From Selaginella moellendorffii (lineage: Eukaryota > Plantae > Lycopodiophyta): 64,000 nucleotides of DNA. Shown here piece by piece: positions 1-18,997 of the stretch. The stretch lies in the NCBI RefSeq assembly GCF_000143415.4, contig NW_003314280.1, forward strand, positions 682,001 to 746,000, read 5' to 3'. A program made the position numbers and the translations under genes. Every line of letters starts with the position of its first letter. Within the stretch, counting starts at the first letter, position 1. Under the pieces are notes generated by a model. The model ran no database searches. It had not been told where the DNA came from and saw only the letters and a list, made by a program, of their open reading frames with translations.

Positions 1-1348
1 AAAAGATGTTATATCCTATTAGCTCGCTCTCGAGGATGGAACAATATACTCACCGGCTTAACAGTGCTCGACGAAATCATTGCCGAAGAAAAAAGGATGG
101 CGCACTCCTGTTTTTTGCAGTGGTTGTGTTGCTTGTTCTCTCGCTCGCTCTCGTTCTAGACCCGTCCGTGACCGAATCCGGGGCCAGCTTTTTTAAGAAA
201 AGCAAGCCAGCTGCATGAAGAGGCATGGTACGTCGGGAGCAATAGAAAGGAAAAAAAAAAAAACGGGGAAAAAAGAGTGTACCTATTAGCGGTACAATCC
301 GTCGGTTGGATTCCCCATCTTTGCAGAGATTCGAAGCAGCCGAAGTCGAACGTTTGTGCTGCTGGCTTTTCTATTTTATTACTTTCTTGCGGCCAAGGCT
401 GTTCCATCATCATGCCCCGCTTTTGAGAGGATTTCGGAATCCTTCGCGCTGATCAACGTTTACTTGTCAATGGCCTCTCCAAAAGAAGTTGAGAATCAAA
501 TCGCAAACAAAAGCTTTCTTTCCTCTCCCCTTTTTCTTTTTGTTGGTACCTCGAGCGAAAGCTGTTGCAAGCACCTTCACCTCGTTTCCTTGAAGCTGCT
601 TCCTCCTGCAAGTGGCCTTATTGTGCTGTAATCGGAGAACCAAGTGAGTCTTCCTTAAAGTAGTGATGCAGCTTCGTCTGTTTTTGTCAATTTCCCTGTT
701 GGAGTCGTAAAGGCTGGATGGCGCTGCACAAAACGTGGTCGCTCGATATCAAGATATCTCGATAATCAAAGAAACTTCTTTTACCAGAATTTGAGACTCT
801 GAAGCTCCCTCCAAGCATCCATCTCCATGACCGTGACCAGTGGATGCATCGTCGATTTGACGACTTTTAGAACGCTTGAAAAGCTGGGAAGGAAAAAGTG
901 TTAAGGAAGTATTATTCTTGAAACGTAATGTCACCGTCCGGCGTTCTCCAAAAGCTGCTGAGAGCCCATCGTCTAGGCAACGTCGTTGTCTTGTTGCGTT
1001 CTAAAAGTCTGGACATATAAAGTTAAGTGTTGAAAGCACACACAAACCAGGATTGCAACTTTCTCCTGGCTGGAAGAACACGATTTAATCAATCTGTGAG
1101 CTAGCTTACCGACTTTACAGGGACGATACATATGTATGAAGATGAACACTGTGAAGACAACGGGGAAAGAAAATCGATACTCATACGTCGAGTGGTAGTA
1201 AATTAGCGAGCATATCCGGCTGTCTATTTGATTTATATCACTGTTAGAAGCAACACAAGTTTTCTTACACAACGCTATGATGAGTTTCTTGATGCAATGG
1301 CGGCCCTGGATACACAAGAAATAGAATGAAACTGCTTTCTTACTTCAG

Positions 1349-3045
1349 CTATTGCAGAGTTTTGATGTTGGCTTTCAAAGCTGGTGATTGTGTTGTCGGA
1401 GATTTTAGCAAACTAGAAACGCAGCGAGGGGAGCTCACCGATCTCTTGGGAGTTCCCATACGTCTTTGTCTCACAAGAGGGATCAGTGATTGGACAACGT
1501 CTGTGATAAGAGGCCTATAGTCCGGCTCCGGTTGAACACACATTGCAGCGATTGCAGCAACCTGCACGACAAATTAAGCTATATGCTGCTACTACGTTTT
1601 ACTTACTTGGACGAGCTCTTTCATGTTGTATTGACTCCTAAGATATGGATCCACCATTTGCGCCAGCTTTTCTCTATCAGTGAGCCGTGGAAGAGCCTGC
1701 ACTATTTAGTTAGTTGAGAAACATAATGTATGGTGGGAGCAGCTCACCCAATTAACGAGCACGTTTTGTCCCGGAGGGCGCTTCGCATCGACTGGAAGCC
1801 TCCCAGTTATGAGCTCCAAGAGAACAACCCCATAACTGTATACGTCGGACTTTGTTGTCAAGTGGCCTGTCATGGCGTACCTGCAACCATATCAAAGGCA
1901 ATCAAGTTGTTACAACTTGCACCAAGATTTGAATCTGGATTCTGGTAACACTTACTCGGGTGCGAGATAGCCCTGAGTTCCAAGAACTCGTGTAGAAGGT
2001 TGGCCCGCAATTTTATCAGCCCCGGTCTTTGCGAGGCCAAAATCAGCCAGCACGACATCGTTGTGTTCGTCCAGAAGAATATTGCTGCTCTTGAAGTCAC
2101 GGTGAATGATTGGAGGAATGACATACTCGTGTAGGTATTCCAGTCCCTTGGCAGCATCAAATGCTACTAGGATTCGTGTTCCCCAGTCTAAAGTGCTTTT
2201 TCCTTTTAAAGTTCGTCATGTCAAGTATGATAGGACTGCTAAAAGAATTCACCTTTGGAATGCAGATGTTCCTGAAGGCTTCCATTTGCCATGTAGCTAT
2301 AAACGAGCAGCCTGTAGTCCTTGTCTGCACAATATCCTATTAAATCCAGCAAGTATGGAGAATGGAGACGAGTAAGCATATCCACCTGTGTTTCAGTAGA
2401 AGTCAGTTTTGAAGAACACTTCAGGAAAGCTTACCTCGACCCTGAATTCTCGTTCGCCTTGTTTGCCTTGCCTGTCCATGAGCTTTACTGCAGCAAGTCT
2501 GCCGTCCGGTAAAACCCCACGATAGACCAGTCCAAAACCGCCATGGCCAATTTTGTTTAACGGGCTGAAGTTGTTGGTTGCAGACTGGAGCTGCTTGTAG
2601 GTGAAAACTTGTGCTTTCGACACCTCGTCTCGTTCGCTGCGAATGTAAGTGTCCATACTGTTTTTGCTCCCCTCTGAAATCACAAAAGCCCATCAAAAAC
2701 CCATCACAGAAGAACAAATATGGAAAAATACTACACCAAATGGCAACAAGAATGAAGAGAACTTTGAGCAGAAACAGAGCAAGGGAAAAATACTAAGAAT
2801 GAGAACTTACTTGCACTGAAAGTTCTTCTCGTCTTCAATTTGTGCCTCATGTAGAAGAAGTAAGCGAACGCTAGGAGAAGAACAAAGAGGGCCAGGGACG
2901 AAGTGATAATGGAGATGATTATCGCAATGCTGGTCCTGTTGCTGCTGCTATCGCCCGCATCACTTGTGCCATTACTAGGAGCTATCCCCGTCGCGGATTC
3001 AATGTCTGTCGAAGAGTTCTGGAGGAGAATCCTCCTGTTCACCAT
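1349..3045 (-). CDS. Receptor-like Ser/Thr kinase with one TM helix (RLK/Pelle, PBL7/extensin-like type), multi-exon
   Basis: Exons give [27 protein letters not shown], then [67 protein letters not shown] and [25 protein letters not shown]; GT-AG introns. Confidence 0.9.
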
Positions 3046-3687
3046 TGTCTTTCCTCTTGCTCTCTGCTTCTTTTCCTTCTTCGTTGGTTTTCGTTCTTCA
3101 ACAATGTAGATAGCCTGGTTAACCAAACCTTTTAGCCATAGCAATGTAATTCAACTAGTAACAGCTTGAACAAGGCAGGGGAAAACTAAAAAGAAAACAG
3201 ATGGACACAGGAAAAAGAACTCAACTCGAACAGCATTTTTATTCTCACAGGAGCGGGAGCAGCAGGACCAGAGTATCAGGCCTTTAGTCATCGAAAGATT
3301 TGTTTGTAATGCAGCGGACTCAGGAGAAAGAGGAAGCTAGGACCCCTACCTAAGCAAGACTCCAAACATCCAGGTGAAGGTACAAAATGCCAGTACCTCA
3401 TTGAATTCAGAAGGATCAGGTTAAAAAAAAAGTCTGGAAATTCAGGAACAGTAACAGTGCCTGCACGAGGACAAGGCGGAACGCAAAAATCATAAGAACC
3501 GCCAACAATCAATCAAACAAACAAACCTTATCGACGAGCGAGCAGGTCCCGACACGGCTTAACAGTGACTGGCCAGCGGCTGCCACGAGTAGCCGTTGAT
3601 TGACACCGTCCAACGGCTATCGCGCTGCTCTTCACCGTCGGATACCGTCAACTTGGATGTCCCAATCCTCGACTTAATGGGAAAATG

Positions 3688-5436
3688 TCAATGCTCGTCA
3701 CTGTATCTCCGCATCGTGGCCATGTTCTGCCACTGCTTCCAAGCATCCCGTAAGTTTGCAAACTCCAAGTCATCAATCCGGTTGAGTTCCAGTGACTCTA
3801 GCCACTGAGACCAAGGTGCCTCCTCTTCGTTCATAGATGAAGAGATCACCGGAGCTAGCTTCTCAAGCCAGAACGAGTTCATCCGCTCTGCGATTTGGCT
3901 TGACACCTGTATTCCCAGTTTGGAGAAGAAATATCCGCCAGTTCCCCCCTTAGCACGAGTGTAACCTCCTCTGAACGGGAAAAAGGAGTTACCGGACAGT
4001 ACGAGCCCGTGTGGTGGTGCAAGCGGTAACACAACTCTTGCATGCCGGCACGTAGAAACTGGAATGGCGTCCTCTGGCAGGACATGTCGAAAGACAGCAA
4101 TGGCAGTCCCGACCATTTTCCGAATCTGAAAGAAAATCATGGAAGTTAAGTCATTGAACGTCCGGAGAGCATTTTTACCTGGTGGACCATGAATGATTCG
4201 CCTGTAACTCTTATACGTACAACCGACGAAGGACAATTGAGCTTTTCAGGTCCTTCGCAAGTGCATTTCGCAACGTTTCTGAAATGCGAGGCTTTTACAG
4301 GATCTTTGCCTTCTTCCGATTCATCTAGCCAGTAAGCCCGTCGACCCGCACCCCGTTCCTCTCCTATGTCAGCAGCTGGGTTGTCCTGCTCGTCGTGTGT
4401 ATCCTTGAAAGAAGGTTCCTCGTCTTCTGATGATTCTTCGTCGGCAATTAAGTTTCTAGACGGAGAATATGTCCCTCGCCTCTGGGATTTTCTGTAGAGG
4501 CGCCTGACAGTGTAATTGTGAAACGCGTGCCTGCCCTGATCAGAAAAAATTGCACTTGGCCATGAGAAAACAACACAAAAATGAAAAGAACCTCTAGAGA
4601 TTTCAAGGTACGCCTAAAATCCTGAATCCGCTGGTCGACATCTTCACTGGATGACTCGTTATTTATGCCAATGCAGGCAGCAGGAAAGTAGTAATCATAT
4701 GTTCTGGAGTAGCAGGACCTTCTGGCATCAAACGATCTGTAAACAGAAAGCCACACCAATGTATAAAATGCAAGAGCAAAACCTTTTCTACGAACTTGGT
4801 AACAGGAACAACTCCAAATATTGATATGTTCGCCGGGAGGTAGGCATTGAAAGCGTCGGCAATCTTAATGCCGTCAACGTCATTCAGCCACGAATTCACA
4901 GCAACCTCGAGCTTCATGGTGACCACAGTGCATAAAGAATGGACCTGCGCTACAGCAATCATAAAAGAAAAAGTTCCCAAGATTGCCAACGAGATACTTA
5001 CGCCTTTGTCTGTCCTGCTGCTTCTCTTCCACCTGACTTTGTCAAGGTGTCTGTAATTTTCCTCGGAAATCCCCCCAGCTTTGTATATTGCTTCTTCGAG
5101 CTCGTTTTCAACAGCTATAGAAGAGATGAGTAATGTGGAGGAAGAGATAAAATAAACTAACAATGGATACCGGCGACTCCTCGCTGGATCTGCAAGCCTG
5201 TTCACGCAAGTAACACATTGAAAGAAACAGCCAACACGATACCTTTGTAATCCGTTCCCACATATCCCACCCAGATCGCCACATTCTTCTTGAATCGCAG
5301 CACCTCATCCACAGCGGCGAGCTTGCAAACCGCGGCGCCAGATTCCGCGCCACGCCCTGCGAGAGACTCGCCCTAGCTCATCCTGCCCTAGCTCAATCAA
5401 GCACAGCATACCTCCCAACACGCAAATAGGTACCAT
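3688..5436 (-). CDS. tRNA pseudouridine synthase (TruA/PUS1 family), multi-exon
   Basis: KKNVAIWVGYVGTDYKG, catalytic SSRTDKGVHS, FDARRSCYSRTYDYY and QIRKMVGTA motifs; start codon approximate. Confidence 0.88.
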
Positions 5437-5569
5437 GGCCAGGTTTTAGGGCTTTCCCGCCCAGTGTTTAAAATTTAATTAAACACAGATTAGTTAACAA
5501 TGTTGCTTTGTCGTGTGAGAAAAATCTTGATGTAACAAAAGGAAAAAATATAAAGAATGTTGGACGAAC

Positions 5570-7877
<2,308 letters not shown>

Positions 7878-9472
7878 TCTCAGCCCGGAATTCTCACGCG
7901 GCCACCTCCCCACGCAAAATCACCATCTATCGCCGCCGGAAGAACCCTAGCAATGCCGCGATCGCAAGCGCGCGACGCACATTCCCCGGCAAAGCATCGA
8001 TCGATCGCCCCGCCGCCCGCAGCTCCTCCCAGCCAAGGCGCCGCGCTAACTCTCGCTTTTACCCTAGCCGGAAGGATAGTCGACAGGGAGAGCTTCATAG
8101 CATCCGGCCGTACAGGGGCATATTCGCGCCGGACGCGCGGGAATCGAGCATCGGCTTTTGCGCGGCAGGGAATCGAACCCCGACCGGACAGCGTAATTAG
8201 GTGTTCGATTGACGAGCAAACTATAGCCACAAAGGCATTGTGTGACCCACCAGGAGCCACACAAGAGAACAAGGAGGTGGCCACTGTGAGTAGAGCACCT
8301 CTCCCAGCAGCGGTTACATCAGTGCTGGAGAAAAAGAAAGAAAGAGAAAGGAAGGAAAAAAAAGAAAGAAAGTGGAGGAGGAAGACAAAGAGGGGGTGTG
8401 AGTGATAGCATCTCTGGGGCAAAATTCTCGATGGATCGATCCTTGCCCTAGAGAGAGCTAGAGGGATGATCAATGGCTTCTCTATGTATGCCCTAAACGT
8501 CTACTGTAGCAGAGGGGGTGAGTAAGCAGCAATGGCACAGGAAACCCGGAGAATTGGAGGGCGAGAGGTTTGTCGCGAGCTTCTTTAGGTAGTGGTTTTT
8601 TTTTTGGGGTCTTTTCTTTTTTTTTGCCTTTCTCGTCTGATCCATCCACACACGCACCGCGGCTGGGTTGCTTTCGTGTCCGAATCACAGCAGTCGGGAA
8701 TTGAGGAGCAGCCAATTCGAATGTCCTGATTGGGATTCCCGGAAGAAGGAGGAGGGATCGATGGTGGATCTGTGCGAGAGGAGGAGGGAAAGAGAGATGG
8801 AATAGCGATGAGGCATCCAAAGGAAGAGGACAGGGTAGCCTATGGTAGAGTGGCGCTTCTCCATCCTCTCCCTCCCTCTCTCTCTCAATCTATTTCTCTC
8901 TCTTCTCTCTCAATGCTCGAGGAGCTTCCGGAATGTCAATGCAACTTGCGCTGGATCGGAGGCAAATGGGGCAACTAGGCAGCGGCAGCGACGAGGAGGG
9001 ATCTAGCGCGAGCGAATCGAGAGAGCGGGAGTGGTGGGCGAGGGATTCTTCCATTTCCTGGCGAGGGGTTTTCTTTTAGATCGTCTTGCCCGATCGATCC
9101 GGGGCCATTCTGGATCGGGAGCGACGTGGGCGGCGGGGGATTGGAGGGATCCGTGGTGGGTTCCCGAGGATTCGTGGGAATTCACGAGGTTTGGATTGGC
9201 GGGGAGCCGAGGCGCCCGGGTGGCGACAAGGGGACGTAGGAGTCAGGGGGGAACAGGGGCAGGGCGGGGAAATAGAAGCAAAGGATAAACAACGAGCATA
9301 GCTCTATCTTCTCTTTCGCGCGCGAGGCGATCTCTCTCCCTTCGCGACCACGAATCACCTCCTCCTCGAGAGACGTGTCGGTGGAGCTAGTCAATCCATA
9401 GCCATAGCTCCATGATATCACGGCTGAGGTAAGACCTCCGATCCAGCGAGTTTGGCCGAGCACCACGCGACG

Positions 9473-12400
9473 ATGCCAATGCTCGCGCCAGCGATCCGGC
9501 GGGGGCTAGCGGTCGTGGGCCTGGGAAGCAAGGATAGCAGCGGCGGTGGCACGGAGTCGCCAGAGGCGGATTTGACGCCTCCCGGATCGTCGGAGCTCAA
9601 GCGCAGCCTCCGCAAGGGGCTGGCGGCCGTGGGGCTCGGCCCCAAGGAGCAGGACACCTCGCCATCGCCGCCCGTCACCTCCGCGCTGCCGCCGCAAGAG
9701 GAGATCCTCAAGCAGCGGATTTGCGAGCTCGAGGAATCGCACGCGCGGCTCACCACCGCCTTGATCCATGTTATCAACAACGCGCCGGAGCCCGTGCTCG
9801 GCACTCTGGAGCCGGTGCTCGAGACGCTCGATCCGTCCATCCTTCCGCCAAAGCAAGCGTCGGGCTCCGACCAAGGGAGCCGCGAGTCGTCCGTCAAGGA
9901 CGTGGATTCGCCGGTTCTACTACCGCCGATCGACACCACCTCCGAGGCCAGCCCGGTGACCGCCCCAGTGGATTTTATCACTGTCGAAGGGAGTGGTGGT
10001 GGTGGCGGTGGTGGCGGTGGTGGCGGCGGCGGTGGCAGCGGTGGCAATGAAGGTGGTGCTGGCGGCGATGGAAGTGATTTTCTATCGGCCTCGAGGAAGA
10101 TGCTTCCCAAGCACTTTGGCAACGTCTTGCAGTCCATGGGACAGGCCGTGTACATCTTCACTCCCTCTGGCGAGGTGACATACTGGTGAGTTCTTCGCAA
10201 AGGTTGGATGGATTTTTCGAGAGCTTTTGCCAACTTCGCTTGCTTGCTTCTTCCCAAAGTTTGGATTTTGCGAGAGCTCTGCCAACTTCTCTTGCAAAGT
10301 TTGTATTTTTTTCTAGAGCTTTGGCAACTTTTGTTTCTTGTTCTTTGGCAGGAACCACGCCGCGGAGCTTCTTTTGGGGTGGAGCGAGGCCGAGGCGGTG
10401 GGACGCAAGGTGTCCGAGCTCATTGTGGAGCAGTCGGCTCAGGGGTTCTTGTCGGAGCTGGTTGCGCGGCTAGGGAATGGCGAGTCGTGGACGGGCCAGT
10501 TCCCGCTCAGGAAGAAGAACGGGGAGGTTTTCACCGCCTCGGTCTCGGACAATCCGTTCTATGACGACAATGGTGTGCTCATGGGCATCGTCGGCGTGGC
10601 CCACGACGTACGTATGCTCCAGGAGCAGCCGAATCCACTGGCGGCTCCTCGAGAGAACTGGGAAGATCTGGAGAAGCAGCACAAAAAAACTCCGTTTCCG
10701 TCATCGGTCTCTCAGTTGGTACGAGTGATGCTTTCCAAGTTGAGATCTTTCTGTTCTTACTTTCGGTTTCCTTCCTTGCCAGGCTTCTAAAGTTATGTCA
10801 AAGTTGCGAGTGAACGACAACAGCGACGATCGAGAAGGTGGCAGCAATGGCAGCCAGAAATCCCACGAAGAATCGCCCGGTGACAAGAAAAGGCACGACT
10901 TCCAGTCTCCGCCAGGGAGCGGGGCATCGCCAACCAAATACTCCTCGAGACAGCAGCAGCAGCAGCAGCTCGATTCGGACGGAAGTCCCCACAGCGAAGA
11001 GAACCGCTGGAACGGTGCTCGGAGAGCTCTGAGCAACAAGGCCGAGACGTGGATGGCGAAGAAAGGAATAAGCTGGCCGTGGAACTCTCCTCCGGATTAC
11101 AGTGACTCGTCGGACTCAAGCGTGAAGAAGAACAACATCATCTGGCGACTCGTGAAAAAGCCGAGAGATCATGAAAGCGGAGAGAACAGACCGAGGTTCG
11201 GGCATAGCCACAGCACCCCACCCAGGCTCTACAACGCCGGCAGCCATGATCCGGAGGAGTTCGTCGGAAGTGGTGCCAGTGGACAAAGCAGCGAGTCGAG
11301 CTTTCAAAGTTTGAACCATTCGGGAGTGGAGGACGCGGAGGAGATTCGCTGGGAGGAGCTCACGATCCGCGAGCTGATCGGACAGGGTGAGTGTCAAAGT
11401 TTGATCGGTCAAGTCTCTCTTTCTTTGCTTTTTTTCCGCTGAGAGTGTGCTTGGCTTAACAGGCTCCTGTGGATCCGTGTACCGTGGAATGTGGTGTGGA
11501 TCTGTAAGTGCGCTTTTGTTTTCTAAAAGTTTGAGCTTTCGTCACTCGTGATTGTCTTTCCAGGATGTCGCTGTCAAGGTTTTCTCCGAGCGTGGATTTT
11601 CTCCAGCTCTTCTGGATGATTTCCGCAAGGAGGTGGCGATCATGAGGAAAGTCCGCCACCCGAATGTGCTGCTGTTCATGGGAGCCGTGGCGACGCCGGA
11701 CAATCTCTGCATTGTCACCGAGTTTCTTCCTCGGTGAGATTCGATCTTATCCTTCGTGTTTCCATTTTTTTCCGTTCTGGATTGTGACCGGAAGCTTGTG
11801 GTCGTGGCAGTGGAAGTTTGTTTCGCTTGTTGCATCGGAAAACTCCTGGATTGGATCTGAGGCGCCGACTGAGAATGGCTTTAGACATTGTAAGTTGATA
11901 GATCTTTCTTCTCTCCTTTTCTCTTGAGAGTGACTTGGTAATGACAGGCACGAGGAATGAATTATCTTCACCACTGCAAGCCTCCAATCGTTCACCGCGA
12001 TCTCAAGTCCTCGAACCTCCTCGTGGACAAAGATTGGACCGTCAAGGCGAGATTTTTTTCCTCCTTTCCCTTTCCCGGGGTCTCATTCCATTGATCTTCC
12101 AAAATGTAGGTGGGGGACTTTGGTCTTTCGAGGCTCAAGCATGCAACGCTCTTGACAACAAAGTCAGGACGCGGGACTGTAAGTTCTTCTCTCTGTTTTC
12201 GAGCTTTTCTCTAAAACTTTTCCTCTGGCAGCCACAATGGATGGCGCCGGAAGTGCTGAGAAACGAGCCTTCTGACGAGAGGTTTGCATCGAATCAAATT
12301 CTTTCTCTTGTTCATGGCTGGATCGAGAAATAATCTGCTGGTTGTCGCTGTTTCTAGAGCCGACGTCTACAGCTTTGGCGTGATTGTATGGGAGCTCGCC

Positions 12401-12771
12401 ACGGAACAAGTTCCCTGGGACGGAATGAATCCCATGCAAGTAAGTTCTTCCAAAACTCTCTCAAGAACACGGACTTCTACTCTCCAAAACAGGTTGTGGG
12501 AGCTGTGGGATTCATGAACCAACGATTGACAATCCCTCCAAACACAGACCCGGGATTGACTGCTCTCATGGAACAATGCTGGCAAAGGTAGACCTCCAAT
12601 TTTTATCTCCCCAATCTCACAGATCTCTCTCGTACTTCCTCCAGCGATCCCAAAGCGCGACCCTCTTTCGAGGAGATCATCGCCAAGATCCGCGAATTGC
12701 TAGCACAAATAGCGGGATCGGCATCGAAGTCACAGTCGAATGCTAGCGAAGAATCGGCCGCACAGAGTTGA
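9473..12771 (+). CDS. PAS-domain Raf-like MAPKKK (plant B2 subgroup)
   Basis: PAS segment (GQAVYIF...YW|[18 protein letters not shown]...[14 protein letters not shown]), then kinase [65 protein letters not shown]. Confidence 0.92.
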
Positions 12772-12998
12772 GAGAAGAAGCGCTTGTGTATAGCTAAAAG
12801 CTGTATATTTGATATGCTTTTTGGTGTCATATTCTTTCGTTAAAACCTCTTAACAACAGGGAGCTTTAGGGCTCGTCGGTGTAAGCTAGGTCTAGGGTAT
12901 TCTCCTGTGGCGGAGCGAGCGCGCCATGGCGCCGGGGGAAGGGGGATTGGCGCCACTGCACTGAGAGCTGCTGATTCCAGGCAGCATTCCCGGGGGCG

Positions 12999-15868
<2,870 letters not shown>

Positions 15869-16049
15869 CGATGGAGAGCTCGATCGCTCAAGCAAAATTC
15901 TTCCACAGTGAAAGGGAGCAAGACGAGGGAAAAGAAATGGCTCTTCATAGGAAGATTTATAGGCTGTGAGACACACGGTTATAATGAATATACATACGTT
16001 TAAAACTCGATTTCTAGGGTTTTGGAAGTTCTAGCCTAGCGAGGAAGAA

Positions 16050-17473
16050 ATGGGGCTCGTGCTGCGTCTGGCGGTGCCGCATTCCTTCTCCCTCGCGCGC
16101 GTCGTGTGTAGCTATGGATTCTACATGATGCAGCCGAACAGATGGCTGCCGGAGAGCGGCGATCTGGAGCGGCCGCTGCGGCTCAAGGACGGGCGTGCTG
16201 TGGTGACGATTTTGTCGGAGGAAGCGCCCGGGATGCTGGCTGTGAGGGTTTTGGGCGTGGGGGAGCTCCCGGCGGACGATCGGGAAGAAATTCTGGTGAG
16301 TAGGTTCTTAGATTGTGTACGTTGTGTAAGGGAGAATTTCGTTGTGACAGAGCCAAGTGAAGAGGATGCTGAGGCTTTCGGATGAGGAGGATCTCCTGGT
16401 GACTGGCTTCCATGCTCTTCATCCCAAAGCCAAGGAGGAAGGCTTTGGGAGGCTGATACGATCGCCGACGCTGTTCGAGGACATGGTGAAGAGCATTCTT
16501 CTCTGCAATTGCGGGTAAGTGGATTGGATGACTCTTTCTTTTGTTTCATGCTCTTGTTTCTTGTAGGTGGGGAAGAACTTTGCAAATGGCCAGGGCCTTG
16601 TGCGAGCTCCAGTTTGAGCTCAAGGGAGCTCCAGTTGGATACACCAAGGTGCTTGCGTACGAAAAGATTGAATTTGCGGTCACCACGGTTTCGTCTTCGT
16701 CGAAAAAGAGGAAGAGTGTGGTCGCCAGAAGCACAACCAAATCGAGGGTGAAAAGACTGCAAAAAGCTTTCAATGAGAGCATGCAAGGCGCTGGGCTTGC
16801 TCCATCCGAAATGCTGGAGGCTGAAACTGGGACGCAGGCTTTCGATACACAAGTCGGAGCTTTTCCAACCCCGGAAGAGCTGAAGGATTTGGAGCCGGAC
16901 TTCCTCTCCAAGCGATGCGGCCTTGGATACCGAAGCAAAATGCTGGTGAAGCTAGCACAGGACGTTGCTTCCGGGGATTTGGAGCTGGGAAAGTTTGAAG
17001 GCCCAGACGCACTCCAAGGCGACAGCTTGAGATGCGCCGTTTTGAAGGTCTATGGATTTGGGCCCTTCTGTTGTGCCAACGTGATGATGCTACTCGGGAA
17101 CTACAACGTTATTCCGGCCGACTCAGAGACTCTTCGACATCTTAAACAGGTGAGAGTTATCCTCTGTTTTCGTTCATATCTGCTGCATTTAACAGTTTCA
17201 TGTTCTTAGTTTCACGGTACGCAAGGTGTTACAAAGCAGAATCTTGCAAAAGTTGTTGCAGCAGTCTACGAGAAGTACAAACCTTACGAATTTCTGGCCT
17301 ACTGGTATTTCCTTCTGGTCTTCTCCTTTCGCTCATTCATGTCCTTATTTTCTAGGTGGGAGATATGGAGATCTTACGAACAGCGTTTTGGAGATTTGAC
17401 ACGAATGGCTGCGTCCGAGTTTCATCAGATCACTGGTGTGAACATGAAGAAGCTCAACGCGGAAACTTCGTAG
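16050..17473 (+). CDS. HhH-GPD superfamily DNA glycosylase-like protein
   Basis: FSLARVVCSYGFYMMQPNRW, RSPTLFEDMVKSILLCNC, FPTPEEL, GLGYRS, VYGFGPFCCANVMMLLG, IPADSETLRHL. Confidence 0.85.
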
Positions 17474-17552
17474 CCAACAGGCGAGTTTTCTCTATCCATT
17501 TTATCGTTACATTTTAGGTTATGCGGGTTTCTTTCTCCAGGGCGGTTTCAGC

Positions 17553-18891
17553 ATGAAAAAGGTGAGGGAGGGGCTTTACATCGGGTGCCTGGATGATGCG
17601 CTCAAGTACCTGTTTGGATCCGAGTCCGGGATCACGCACGTCCTGTCTCTGGCGTCTCTCAACTTCCTCACGGATGACAAGTCGCTGAATGCGTTCTCGG
17701 CCTTTAGAATGCGGGCGTCTCTGCGCAGCTCCCTCATGGAGTCTGTGAAGAACCCAAATGCGGATGCTGCGGCCAGTCGTCCCGAGCCAGTCACTGCCGA
17801 GCAAGCTGCTGCAAACAGAGCCAAGCTGGTCCGGAAAACTGTTCCTTTGATCGACACAGAGGCTCAGAACCTGCTCGATTATCTGGAAGAGTGCCTGGAG
17901 TTTATTGACAAGGGAAGGAGTGAAGGGTCTGTGCTCGTCCACTGCGTAGCTGGTATTTCCCGCAGGTAACGTCCTTGTATTCTGATGCTCATCCTTCCTT
18001 TTTTTTTTATCACCTCAGTGCTACGGTGATCACTGCCTACCTTATGCGGAGCGAAAGGCTGATACTGAAAGGTCCTTTGATTCTCCCGTGTCATCAGAAA
18101 AGAACTCACACGAATTATTTAGTTTTAACATTGCAGAGGCGCTCGCTTCTTTAAAAGAATGTAGCAAAACAGCTTGCCCAAACAAAGGATTCAAGCGTCA
18201 GGTAAGAATGTGCTGCTCGCAAGTAGTTTTTTCACCGTCTCTTGTTCCCTTCAGCTGCGGATGTTTGAGGAGATGGGCTGTGTCGTGGACAAAAACAACA
18301 GTATTTACAAGAAATTTCACCTGGAAAATCTCGGTGAGCTCGTGGTTACTTTTCTCATCGGATCCCAGGTTCTAATGCTTGCTAATCAGGAAACATGTAT
18401 GGGAAAGGCCAAAAGATCGAGCTTTTGCAGTTCGCAGTAGATCCAAGCTCCCACGCAGAAAACCAGAATCCATCAGGTGGAAAGTCAGGCACCTTCTTCC
18501 GCTGCAAAAAGTGCAGGCGCTTGCTTGCGTTGCAAGGCAATGTTCTCGCTCACGCTCCCGGCGCTCAGGAGAAACCATACAAGTGGAAGAAAGGCGATGA
18601 GGACGAGACTTCAACCTCGCAGGTGCCGGACTCTTGTGCCGCCCTGTTCGTGGAGCCAATGCAGTGGATGACTACAGGTAAACAGCTCCATTTCATGTTT
18701 TTTTCATTGCTAATGCACAGTGATTTCTCCGTGCAGTCCAACAAGGGGAGATGGAAGGGAAACTCTCTTGCGCAAATTGCCACAGCAAAGTCGGGAGTTT
18801 CAACTGGGTGGGAGTGCAATGCAGCTGCGGTACTTGGATCAACCCGGCATTCCAGTTGCACACAAGCAAGGTTGATGCGTCATGGACATAA
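17553..18891 (+). CDS. Dual-specificity phosphatase with C-terminal zinc-binding domain (YVH1/DUSP12 type)
   Basis: VLVHCVAGISR catalytic motif, CPNKGFKRQL, FRCKKCRRLL, FVEPMQWM, GKLSCANCHSKVGSFNWVGVQCSCGTWINPAFQL. Confidence 0.92.
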
Positions 18892-18997
18892 ATGCTTGAG
18901 AAGAGGTAATTCTCTGGTTTTCTATGATGTTCGAGCAAACTCCATTAAATTTCCTCTCAGAGAAATGCTCTGAACGTGGCAGAGCACAGTGTTTTTC

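Noticed and set aside
1-1320. Possible additional gene at the window start
   Set aside because: Short ORFs on both strands and some splice-like signals, but no recognisable motif or consistent model
9418-10257. 279-aa Pro-rich antisense ORF
   Set aside because: Mirror frame of the GC-rich, poly-Gly first exon of the Raf kinase
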